The translations under genes and the position numbers were made by a program. A DNA stretch of 41,619 nucleotides from a bacterium (GTDB lineage: Bacteria; Acidobacteriota; Blastocatellia; HR10), in contig JBEPZV010000020.1 of assembly GCA_041640655.1 (NCBI GenBank), positions 781-42,399 of the forward strand, read 5' to 3'. The notes under the pieces were generated by a model. It had not been told where the DNA came from, ran no database searches, and worked only from the letters and a program-made list of their open reading frames with translations. Position 1 is the first letter of the stretch. The number at the start of each line of letters is the position of its first letter. Positions 9,158 through 17,949 of this stretch are shown in pieces.

Positions 9158-11137
9158 ATGCTGAAAGCGCTCGTCTTGACCCCGCTCGTCTCCGCGGGGA
9201 TCATCGGGATCTTCGGTCGGCGGTGGAGCGAGCGGCTCATCGCCGTGATGGGCTGTGGCTCGGTGGGCCTCTCGATGCTTCTGTCCGTCCGCCTGTTCTT
9301 CGTCGAGCTGTGGGCGCGACCGCCGGAGCATCGCCTGATCCTGGAACCGTTCTTCTCGTGGATCGCGTCGGGGCCGCTGCGCGTGGAGTGGGGCTTTCAA
9401 CTGGATGCGCTCTCGGGCGTCTACATCCTCTTCGTCACGTTCGTCGGCTTTTGGATCCACGTCTTCGCCGTCGGCTACATGCGGGGGGATCCCGGCTACG
9501 CGCGCTTCTTCGCCTATATGAACCTCTTCATGTTCATGATGCTCGTGCTCGTGCTGGCCGATAATTTCCTGGTCCTGTTCATCGGATGGGAGGGGGTTGG
9601 GCTGTGCTCGTATCTGCTCATCGGGCACTACTTCGATCGCGCGTATGCGGCGCGCGCGGCGAAGAAGGCGTTCATCGTGAACCGCATCGGGGATTTCGGC
9701 TTCGCTCTGGGCATGATCCTGATCTTCGCCACGTTTGGAACCTTGCGGTTCCCGGAGGTCATGGGGGCTGTCGCCGCTCGATTCCCCGAGCCGGAGGCGT
9801 TGGGTGAGGTGGGGATCGTGACGGCGATCGCGCTGCTCTTGTTCGTGGGAGCGACGGGGAAGAGCGCGCAGATTCCCCTCTACGTCTGGCTGCCGGATGC
9901 GATGGCGGGGCCGACGCCGGTCTCCGCCCTCATCCACGCGGCGACGATGGTGACGGCGGGAGTGTACATGATCGCGCGCTGCAGCGAACTCTATGCGCGA
10001 TCGCTCACGGCGCTCTTCGTCATCGCGGTCGTGGGGGCGCTGACGGCCTTCTTGGCGGCGACCATCGGTCTGGCGCAGTGGAACATCAAGAAGGTGCTCG
10101 CTTATTCGACGATCTCGCAACTGGGATACATGTTCCTGGCCTGCGGGGTTGGCGCGTTCTCGGCCGCGATCTTTCACGTCGTCACGCATGCATTCTTCAA
10201 GGCCGTGCTCTTTCTCGGCGCGGGGTCGGTCATCATCGCCCTTCATCATGAGGAGGATATGCGGCGGATGGGGGGGCTGAAGCGGTATCTGCCCTTCACC
10301 TATGGGGCGGTGCTCTGCGGATGGCTGGCGATCGCGGGTCTCCCCCCCTTCTCCGGGTTCTTCAGCAAGGATGAGATCCTCTGGCGCACGTGGGCGAGCC
10401 CGGTGCTTCCGGAGCCCTGGGGGCGCGTGCTGTGGGGAGTAGGATTCGTGACGGCGATCCTCACGGCCACGTACATGACCCGATGGATCGTGCTGACGTT
10501 TGAGGGCCACGAGCGCTTCGCCCATTCCCCTGAGGGACACGGGGGGGGCGCCGCGCCTCGCGAATCGCCGCGGGTGATGACGATCCCGCTCCTTGTGCTC
10601 GCCGCGCTCTCCATCGGTGGAGGATGGGTGGGCATCTCCGAGGCGTACACGGGAGGGCGCCTGGCGAATTGGTTCGAGCAGTTCATCGGACCGGCGCTGG
10701 CGCGCGCGCCTGTTCATCCCCATCGTCTCGCGGTCGTCGTGGATGAGCCGAGTCATGGATGGGAATTGGGGCTCGCGGCTGTGACCGCGCTCGCCGTGCT
10801 CGTCGCGCTGCTGTGGGCGCGTCGCTTCTATCAGCGCGATCCGCTACGCCCGGCGCCCTCGCTCTTGGAGAACAGGTACTACGTGGACGAGATCTATGAG
10901 GCCCTCTTCGTCCGCCCCCTCGTGCGAGGCTCGACCGTGCTGCTCTGGAGATTCTTCGATGTGACGATCATTGATGGTGTGGTGAACGGTGTGGCGGCCT
11001 TCGTCGCCGCGTGCGCGGCCGTCTTGCGGCGGCTGCAGACGGGATTGGTGCGCAGCTACGTCGTCATGTTCGTCATCGGCGCGCTCATCGTGCTCGGATA
11101 TTTCATCTTCATCGGAGGTCGGATCCCGGCTCGGTAG
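9158..11137 (+). CDS. nuoL: NADH-quinone oxidoreductase subunit L
   Basis: GWEGVGLCSYLLIG, GKSAQIPLYVWLPDAMAGPTPVSALIHAATMV and HAFFKA. Confidence 0.97.
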   Translation: MLKALVLTPLVSAGIIGIFGRRWSERLIAVMGCGSVGLSMLLSVRLFFVELWARPPEHRLILEPFFSWIASGPLRVEWGFQLDALSGVYILFVTFVGFWIHVFAVGYMRGDPGYARFFAYMNLFMFMMLVLVLADNFLVLFIGWEGVGLCSYLLIGHYFDRAYAARAAKKAFIVNRIGDFGFALGMILIFATFGTLRFPEVMGAVAARFPEPEALGEVGIVTAIALLLFVGATGKSAQIPLYVWLPDAMAGPTPVSALIHAATMVTAGVYMIARCSELYARSLTALFVIAVVGALTAFLAATIGLAQWNIKKVLAYSTISQLGYMFLACGVGAFSAAIFHVVTHAFFKAVLFLGAGSVIIALHHEEDMRRMGGLKRYLPFTYGAVLCGWLAIAGLPPFSGFFSKDEILWRTWASPVLPEPWGRVLWGVGFVTAILTATYMTRWIVLTFEGHERFAHSPEGHGGGAAPRESPRVMTIPLLVLAALSIGGGWVGISEAYTGGRLANWFEQFIGPALARAPVHPHRLAVVVDEPSHGWELGLAAVTALAVLVALLWARRFYQRDPLRPAPSLLENRYYVDEIYEALFVRPLVRGSTVLLWRFFDVTIIDGVVNGVAAFVAACAAVLRRLQTGLVRSYVVMFVIGALIVLGYFIFIGGRIPAR

Positions 11138-11149
11138 GAGGGGCATCGG

Positions 11150-12748
11150 ATGGGGGAGCATCTGCTGAGCTGGCTCACATTCGCGCCGACAGCCGGCGCG
11201 CTCCTGCTCCTTGTGGCGCGCGTGCTCCTGGCCGCGTCAGAGGAGACGATTCGTCGCCTGGCCCTGGCGGTCTCCCTGGTTCCGCTGGGGCTCTGCGGTC
11301 CCATGCTCGTGAAGTTCGATCCGGCGGCTTCCGGTCCGCAAATGGTCGAACGCGCCCCCTGGATCAGATTCTTCGGCTTCAACGTGGACTATTTCGTGGG
11401 CGTGGATGGGGTGAGCCTGTGGCTTGTGGTCCTGAGCGCTCTGCTGGTGCCGGTCTCGATCTTGATCAGCTGGCGCGCCATCGAGCGGCACGTCCTGGAA
11501 TTCCACGTCTTCCTCCTGCTTCTGGAGACAGGCGTGATCGGCGTCTTCGTCGCCCTGGACATGTTCCTCTTCTTCATCTTTTGGGAGGTCATGCTCGTGC
11601 CGATGTACTTCCTGATCGGCATCTGGGGATATGAGCGGCGCATCTACGCTGCCGTCAAGTTCATCATCTATACGATGGTCGGATCGGCGCTCATGCTGGC
11701 GGCGATCATCAGCCTCTACTACCTGAACGGGGGGACGACGTTCGACATCCTGGCCATCACGGAGAACGTGCGCGCGGGGCGACTCGTGTGGGATCCGCAG
11801 ACGGAGCGCTGGCTCTTCTGGGGCTTCGCGCTGGCGTTTCTGATCAAAGTGCCTCTTTTCCCCTTCCACACCTGGTTGCCGGATGCGCACGTGGAAGCGC
11901 CGACGGCCGGATCGGTGATCCTGGCGGGCATCCTCCTGAAGATGGGGGGGTATGGATTGCTGCGGTTCAATCTCCCGCTCTTCCCGCAGGCGACGGAGGA
12001 GTTCGCCGGGATGCTGGGCGCGCTCGCCGTCATCAGCATCATCTATGGCGCGCTCGTCTCCCTGGTGCAGCCCGATCTGAAGAAGCTGATCGCGTACTCG
12101 TCGGTCAGCCATATGGGCTTTGTCGTGCTCGGCATCGTGGCGCGAACGGAGATGGGGATGCAGGGCGCGATCTTCCAGATGCTCAGTCACGGGATCGCGA
12201 CCAGCGCGCTCTTCATGATCGCGGGGATTCTCTCGGAGCGGCGCCACACGCGGCTGATCGCGGAATTCGGGGGATTGGCCCATCCGATGCCCGTCTTCTC
12301 GGCGCTCTTTGGGATTCTCGCCCTGGCCTCGGCGGCGCTGCCGACGTTGAGTGGATTCGTGGGCGAATTCCTCGTGCTCGTAGGCACGTATACGTCTGAG
12401 CTGGCGCAGGGGCGCGTCTACACGGTCCTGGCGGCGACGGCGATGATCCTTTCGGCCGCGTACATGCTCTGGACACTGGAGCGCGTCCTCTTTGGGGAGA
12501 TCACGCGCGAGGAGAATCGGCAGCTGCCCGATGTGAACGCGCGGGAGCGGCTCGCGCTGGTTCCCATGGCCGCGCTCGTGATCCTGATGGGCGTGCTGCC
12601 GAATCCGATCTTGCGGCGCACGGATCACGCGGTCCTGGAGCTGCAGCGCGCGGCTTCGCGGACCATCCTGGTGCAGCGGGCGCATCCGGCTTCGCCGGAT
12701 CGAGAGCGCCTCGCGCCTCCGGGAGCCGAGGTCCTCGAGCGGAGGTGA
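11150..12748 (+). CDS. nuoM: NADH-quinone oxidoreductase subunit M
   Basis: FWEVMLVPMYFLIG, IKVPLFPFHTWLPDAHVEAPT and KKLIAYSSVSHMG. Confidence 0.97.
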   Translation: MGEHLLSWLTFAPTAGALLLLVARVLLAASEETIRRLALAVSLVPLGLCGPMLVKFDPAASGPQMVERAPWIRFFGFNVDYFVGVDGVSLWLVVLSALLVPVSILISWRAIERHVLEFHVFLLLLETGVIGVFVALDMFLFFIFWEVMLVPMYFLIGIWGYERRIYAAVKFIIYTMVGSALMLAAIISLYYLNGGTTFDILAITENVRAGRLVWDPQTERWLFWGFALAFLIKVPLFPFHTWLPDAHVEAPTAGSVILAGILLKMGGYGLLRFNLPLFPQATEEFAGMLGALAVISIIYGALVSLVQPDLKKLIAYSSVSHMGFVVLGIVARTEMGMQGAIFQMLSHGIATSALFMIAGILSERRHTRLIAEFGGLAHPMPVFSALFGILALASAALPTLSGFVGEFLVLVGTYTSELAQGRVYTVLAATAMILSAAYMLWTLERVLFGEITREENRQLPDVNARERLALVPMAALVILMGVLPNPILRRTDHAVLELQRAASRTILVQRAHPASPDRERLAPPGAEVLERR

Positions 12749-12751
12749 CCG

Positions 12752-14233
12752 ATGGAGTCGCTGGGGATCAGCTATCGCGCTATTGGGCCAGAACTGGTGC
12801 TGGCGGTGACGGGTGTGCTCGTCATGCTGCTGGAGGCGTTCTCTCCGGGGAAGAAGAAGCGAGATGGGATCCTCGCGGCCGCGGGCACGGTCCTGGCCGG
12901 GGTCGTGGCGCTCGCCCTCTGGGACGAGGGGCCGGTGTTGGCCTTCTCGCGAATGATCATCGTGGATGGCTTTCGGGTCTTCTTCACGCTGGTCATTCTG
13001 CTCGGCACGCTGTTGACCATTTTCATCTCCTGGACGTTCTTGGACGAGGAGCGCATCCCACCGGGCGAGTATTTCGCCTTGCTCCTGTTCGGAGCGGTGG
13101 GGATGACGCTGCTGGTGGCCAGCAACGATCTGGTCATGGTTTTCCTGGCGCTGGAGACGATCACGATCGCCACCTACGTCCTGGCGGGGTATCGGCGGGA
13201 GGATCTCCGCTCGATGGAGTCGGCGTTGAAGTATTTCATCCTCGGGGCGTTCTCCTCGGCGTTCCTGGTCTATGGGATCGCTCTGATGTACGGCGCGACG
13301 CGCACGACGAATCTCGCGGAGATGGCGCGTCTGGTGAGCGGATCGCTCGGACGCGCGGAGATCGTCCTGTTGATGGCCGGGGCGGCGATGTTGCTGATCG
13401 GCTTCGGATTCAAGGTGGCGACGGTGCCGTTCCATGTGTGGACGCCTGATGTCTACGAAGGCGCGCCGACGCCGGTGACGGCCTTCCTCTCGACGGCGCC
13501 GAAGGCGGCAGGATTCGCCGCCTTCCTTCGGGTCTTCTCCCTCACGTTCGCGCCCTTGGGGATCGGGAGCGTCGCCGATCAGCTCGCTTCGCATTGGGTC
13601 ACGGTGGTCACGGCCATGTCCATTTTGAGCATGACCTTCGGGAACTTCATCGCCATCGCGCAGACGAACATCAAGCGGATGCTCGCCTATTCGTCCATCG
13701 CGCATGCTGGGTATATCTTGATCGGCGTCCTGGCGCGCGATTGGGCGGCCGTGGCCTTCTACCTGCTCGTCTACACGATCATGAACCTCGGCTGTTTCGC
13801 GATCGTCGCGCTCTGGGCGCGTCGGGGGGATGAACGCGTGTTGATCGCCGATTATGCCGGATTGGGCTTCCGGCAACCGATGCTGAGCTTCCCGCTGGCC
13901 ATCTTTCTGGTGAGCCTGGCCGGATTCCCCGGCACGGCCGGCTTCATCGCCAAGTTCTGGCTCTTCAAATCGGCGTGGGGCGCGGGCTTCCCTGAGCTGG
14001 TCCTCATCGGCGTCTTGAACACGGTCGTCTCCGTCTACTACTACCTCTACGTCGTGATCGTCATGTTCTTCCGCGAGCCGAAGGTGGAGGTGGCGCGCGT
14101 CCCCCTCTCGCGCGCGTTCGTAGCGACGCTCGTCGTGGCCGTGGTCGGCGTCTTCTACTTGGGACTTCTGCCCACGCGCGTCTTCGCCCTGCTGAACGCC
14201 GCTCAGAGTTTGCTGGCGGTCGGCATGCGCTGA
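12752..14233 (+). CDS. nuoN: NADH-quinone oxidoreductase subunit N
   Basis: ESALKYF, FKVATVPFHVWTPDVYEGAPTP and KRMLAYSSIAHAGY. Confidence 0.97.
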   Translation: MESLGISYRAIGPELVLAVTGVLVMLLEAFSPGKKKRDGILAAAGTVLAGVVALALWDEGPVLAFSRMIIVDGFRVFFTLVILLGTLLTIFISWTFLDEERIPPGEYFALLLFGAVGMTLLVASNDLVMVFLALETITIATYVLAGYRREDLRSMESALKYFILGAFSSAFLVYGIALMYGATRTTNLAEMARLVSGSLGRAEIVLLMAGAAMLLIGFGFKVATVPFHVWTPDVYEGAPTPVTAFLSTAPKAAGFAAFLRVFSLTFAPLGIGSVADQLASHWVTVVTAMSILSMTFGNFIAIAQTNIKRMLAYSSIAHAGYILIGVLARDWAAVAFYLLVYTIMNLGCFAIVALWARRGDERVLIADYAGLGFRQPMLSFPLAIFLVSLAGFPGTAGFIAKFWLFKSAWGAGFPELVLIGVLNTVVSVYYYLYVVIVMFFREPKVEVARVPLSRAFVATLVVAVVGVFYLGLLPTRVFALLNAAQSLLAVGMR

Positions 14234-14268
14234 AGAGGCCTCTGCGGCCCATGCGGCCGTCCTGGAGG

Positions 14269-14297
14269 TGGAAGCCCCGAGACCCGTGTGATAGACT
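14269..14297 (+). promoter_or_regulatory. Possible extended -10 promoter for the peptidase cluster
   Basis: TGGAAG-N17-TAGACT with TG immediately upstream of the -10 (TGaTAGACT); strong SD AAGGAGG before ATG 14354. Confidence 0.4.
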
Positions 14298-14353
14298 CTC
14301 GGCCCGAAGGGGCCCGGATCGGAGAGAAAGCCATGGGGTAAGGAGGAGAGTGC

Positions 14354-15709
14354 ATGAGCGGACGGGGAATCCTCGCCGGGATCATGATGGTCGCGCTCGC
14401 GTCGGTTGCAGGGGCGCAATCCCCACTTGTGCCGCCATCGCTTCGGTTTCAAGTGACGACGCTCAAGAACGGGCTGCGTGTCATCACGCATGAGGATCAT
14501 TCGGCGCCGGTCATCAACCTGCAGGTGTGGTATCACGTGGGCTCGAAGGATGAGCGGCCCGGGCGGACAGGGTTCGCGCACCTGTTCGAGCATTTGATGT
14601 TCAAGGGCTCGAAGAACGTCGGTCCCGAGGAACACACGGAGCTGATCAAGAGCATCGGCGGGGTGGATAACGCTTACACGACGGAGGATGTGACCGTCTA
14701 CTGGCAGACCTTCCCGAGCAACTATCTGGAGATGGTCCTCTGGCTCGAGGCGGATCGCATGGCCTCGCTGGCCATCACCGAGGAGAGCTTTCGATCCGAG
14801 CGGGAGGTCGTCAAGGAGGAGCGGCGCCTGCGCATCGAGAATCCACCCTATGGGCGCGTCCTCGAGGTGCTCTACGCCAATGCCTTCGAGGTGCATCCGT
14901 ATCGGCACATCGTCATCGGGAGCATGGACGACCTGAATGCGGCGACGGTCGAGGATGTGCGCGAGTTCTTCCAGACGTACTACGTCCCCAATAACGCGAC
15001 GCTCGTGATCGTCGGGGACTTCGACACGCGCCAGGCGCTCGCGTGGGTGGAGAAGTATTTCGGGAGCATTCCGCGCGGGAAGCGCCCGATCCCGCGCGTG
15101 ACGGTGAAGGAGCCTCCCAAGACACGCGAGAAGCGTCTCACCGAGCGGATGAACGTGCCGCTGCCGGCGCTGCTGGCGGGGTATTACATCCCCGAGGATG
15201 GGCATCCCGATTCGTATCCGTTGAAGGTCGTCTCGCGCATTCTCTCGGCCGGTCAAAGTTCGCGCCTCTATCGCAAACTCGTCTACGAGCTGCGCCTGGC
15301 AGCCGCGGCGTTCGGGGCGGGGAACTTCACTGAGCATCCGAATCTTTTCTTCGCCGGGGCCATCTTGAATCCCGGGCATACGCCGGAAGCCGCCGAGAAG
15401 GCTATTGTCGAAGAGCTGGAGCGATTGAAGCGGGAGCTCGTGCCCGCGCGCGAGTTGGAGAAGGCGAAGAATCAGATGATCGCGGAGATACTCTTCGCCC
15501 GTCAATCGAACCAGGGGAAGGCGGATGCTCTGGGGCGTGCGGCTGTTCTCGGGAAGGACCCGGCGCGCGTCAATACGGAAGTCGAGCGCATCTTGGCTGT
15601 GACGCCGGAGGAGATTCGGCGCGTGGCTGAACGATATTTCACCGAGACCAATCGGATCGTGCTCACCATTCTCCCGCAGCAACTGGAGGAGAAGCGCCCT
15701 GGGCCGTGA
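14354..15709 (+). CDS. M16 family zinc peptidase, catalytic subunit, signal peptide
   Basis: TGFAHLFEHLMFKGS (HXXEH), NAYTT, EADRM, VVKEERR and YYVPNNATLVIVGD. Confidence 0.92.
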   Translation: MSGRGILAGIMMVALASVAGAQSPLVPPSLRFQVTTLKNGLRVITHEDHSAPVINLQVWYHVGSKDERPGRTGFAHLFEHLMFKGSKNVGPEEHTELIKSIGGVDNAYTTEDVTVYWQTFPSNYLEMVLWLEADRMASLAITEESFRSEREVVKEERRLRIENPPYGRVLEVLYANAFEVHPYRHIVIGSMDDLNAATVEDVREFFQTYYVPNNATLVIVGDFDTRQALAWVEKYFGSIPRGKRPIPRVTVKEPPKTREKRLTERMNVPLPALLAGYYIPEDGHPDSYPLKVVSRILSAGQSSRLYRKLVYELRLAAAAFGAGNFTEHPNLFFAGAILNPGHTPEAAEKAIVEELERLKRELVPARELEKAKNQMIAEILFARQSNQGKADALGRAAVLGKDPARVNTEVERILAVTPEEIRRVAERYFTETNRIVLTILPQQLEEKRPGP

Positions 15710-15740
15710 TCGAAGCGCGATCCGCACGCCGTGAAGGGGG

Positions 15741-17894
15741 ATGACGATGACGCGACAGGTCATGTCAGGAAGTCTTCTTCTCCTCATCCTGCTGGGCCTC
15801 GCTGGGGGATCAGGGTTTGGGCAGAAGCCGACGCCGCCTCCCCCGCAGCCTCCTCGGCCCTTTCGATTCCCGGAATTCGCGTCGCGGACACTGCCCAATG
15901 GGTTACAGGTCGTCGTCATCGAGCATCGAGAGCAGCCCGTTGTCAGCTTACGGCTCCTGGTGCGAGCGGGAGCCGAGCAGGATCCGCCCGATCGTCCGGG
16001 ATTAGCCTCGTTGACGGCGGCCCTTTTGGACCAGGGGACGAAGACGCGAAGCGCCATGGAGATCGCCGAGACCATTGAGGCCGTCGGGGGGCAGATCAGC
16101 ACGGGGGCCTCGTGGCATCACTCGTTCGCGGTCATCTCCGTGCTCAGGCCCGCTGTGGATGTGGCGTTCGAGATCCTCGCCGACATTGTGCGAAACCCGG
16201 CGTTCAAAGAGGAAGAGATCGAGCGACAGCGGCAACAACTCCTCTCCAGCTTGCGCGTTCAAATGAACGACCCGGGATATTTGGCGTCGGCGGCGATCGA
16301 GCGCGCCATCTTCGGTGGGCATCCGTATGGGCATCCGCCGGAGGGGACGCTGGATTCGATCCCGCGCGTGAAGCGGGACGATCTGGTCGCCTTCCATCAG
16401 GCCGTGTATCACCCGAATAACGCCCTTCTCGCCATCGCCGGGGATATCACGGCTGCCGAGGCGTTCGCGAAGGCGGAGAAATATTTCAGCGATTGGCCCC
16501 GGGGGGAAGTCCGAGCCGCGGCCATTCCTCCTCCGGCGCCGACGCATGGACGGAAGCTGATCATTATTGACAAGCCCGATGCTGTGCAGACGGAGATCCG
16601 ACTCGGTCGTGTGGGGATCGCGCGGCGCGATCCCGAGTATTTCGCTCTTCAGGTGCTCAATGCCATCTTGGCGAGTGCTTCCGGGAGTCGCCTCTGGGAT
16701 GTCTTGCGGCGAGAGCGCGGTCTGACCTACGGTGTGAGCGGTCGTCTCGAAGCGCGGCAGCAGCCGGGCAGCGTGACCATCTCCACGTTCACGCGCACGG
16801 AGACAACGCGCGAGACACTCGAGCTGGTCCTCCGAGAGTTGGAGCGCATCGCGCGGGAGCGCGTCCGGGAAGAAGAGCTGCAGAAGGCGAAGAGCTTCCT
16901 GGCGGGCGTCTTTCAGTTGCGCTTGGAGACGCCGGACTCGCTGGCCACGCTTGTCCTCGATGCCCTCAATTATGGGTTCGACTATGCCTACCTCAACACC
17001 TATCGGGATCGGATCCTCGCGGTGACGGCCGAACAGGTGCAAGAGGTCGCGCGAAAGTATTATCGAACCGAGGATCTGGTCATTGTGCTCGTGGGGAACG
17101 CCAGCGCCTTCGAGCGCGAAGTCGCATCCGTGGCGCCGGTGGAGCGGATCGCCTACACGGAGGTGGACCTCACACGCCCGGATTTGACGCGGGAGCAACC
17201 CGCGGCCGTGGCCGCGACGCCGGAAGCCATCGCGCGCGCCCGAGAGATCCTGGCAGAAGTGCTTCGAGCCGTCGGCGGTCGTGAGGTCGTGGCCGACATT
17301 CGGGATGTCCTGATCGCCGGAGAGGCGATGGTCTCCACGCCCTTTGGAGAGTTCAAGGGCGAGCAGCGCATGGTCCTACAAGCGCCCGATCGGTTGCGTG
17401 TGGAAGTGAAGTTGCCGCAGATGACGATCGTGCAGGTGCTCAGCGGCGAGTCCGGGTGGATGAGCACGCCGATGGGGACGCAAGAGATCCCCGCTCCGCT
17501 TCTGAAGGAGCTGCGCGCGACGCTCCGTCGGCAGTTCTTCCAACTCCTGCTGGCCGGAGAGCGCGAGGGGATCACGGTCTCCTATGTGGGGCGCGAATCG
17601 GTGGAGGGGAAGCCCGTCGAGGTCCTCCAGTATCAAGAGGGCGAGCACGTCTTTCGACTCTACGTGGACGAGGCCTCGCACCTGCCGCTGAAACTCAGCT
17701 ACCAGGGGACCGACCCCTTCTCCGGAGCGAGAACGGAGTTCGAAGAGATGTACACCGACTATCGCGAGGTCTCCGGCGCGAAATATCCCTTCCGCACGGT
17801 GACGCGGCAAGCGGGGAAGCTCTTCTCGGAATTCGTCGTGAAGGAGATGAAGATCAACGCCGGGGTGGCCGAGGAATGGTTCAAGAGACCGTGA
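15741..17894 (+). CDS. M16 family non-catalytic partner subunit with C-terminal extension
   Basis: M16 fold (LPNGLQV, HPYG, YHPNNALLAIAGDI) but HXXEH is replaced by SLTAA; carries the LRRERGLTY R/Y motif, a signal peptide and about 250 extra C-terminal residues. Confidence 0.85.
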   Translation: MTMTRQVMSGSLLLLILLGLAGGSGFGQKPTPPPPQPPRPFRFPEFASRTLPNGLQVVVIEHREQPVVSLRLLVRAGAEQDPPDRPGLASLTAALLDQGTKTRSAMEIAETIEAVGGQISTGASWHHSFAVISVLRPAVDVAFEILADIVRNPAFKEEEIERQRQQLLSSLRVQMNDPGYLASAAIERAIFGGHPYGHPPEGTLDSIPRVKRDDLVAFHQAVYHPNNALLAIAGDITAAEAFAKAEKYFSDWPRGEVRAAAIPPPAPTHGRKLIIIDKPDAVQTEIRLGRVGIARRDPEYFALQVLNAILASASGSRLWDVLRRERGLTYGVSGRLEARQQPGSVTISTFTRTETTRETLELVLRELERIARERVREEELQKAKSFLAGVFQLRLETPDSLATLVLDALNYGFDYAYLNTYRDRILAVTAEQVQEVARKYYRTEDLVIVLVGNASAFEREVASVAPVERIAYTEVDLTRPDLTREQPAAVAATPEAIARAREILAEVLRAVGGREVVADIRDVLIAGEAMVSTPFGEFKGEQRMVLQAPDRLRVEVKLPQMTIVQVLSGESGWMSTPMGTQEIPAPLLKELRATLRRQFFQLLLAGEREGITVSYVGRESVEGKPVEVLQYQEGEHVFRLYVDEASHLPLKLSYQGTDPFSGARTEFEEMYTDYREVSGAKYPFRTVTRQAGKLFSEFVVKEMKINAGVAEEWFKRP

Positions 17895-17949
17895 GGGGGG
17901 ATCATCTCGGCGCCAGGTGCTCATCTTCGGGATTGAGGAGGAGGTCATC

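Noticed and set aside
11237..16102. Very long minus-strand ORFs (1621 aa here; also 1300..3537, 4686..7844, 17902..20172, 24679..26658)
   Set aside because: They are antisense shadows of well-supported plus-strand genes. GC-rich codon usage suppresses stops on the opposite strand, and the translations have no recognisable motifs.
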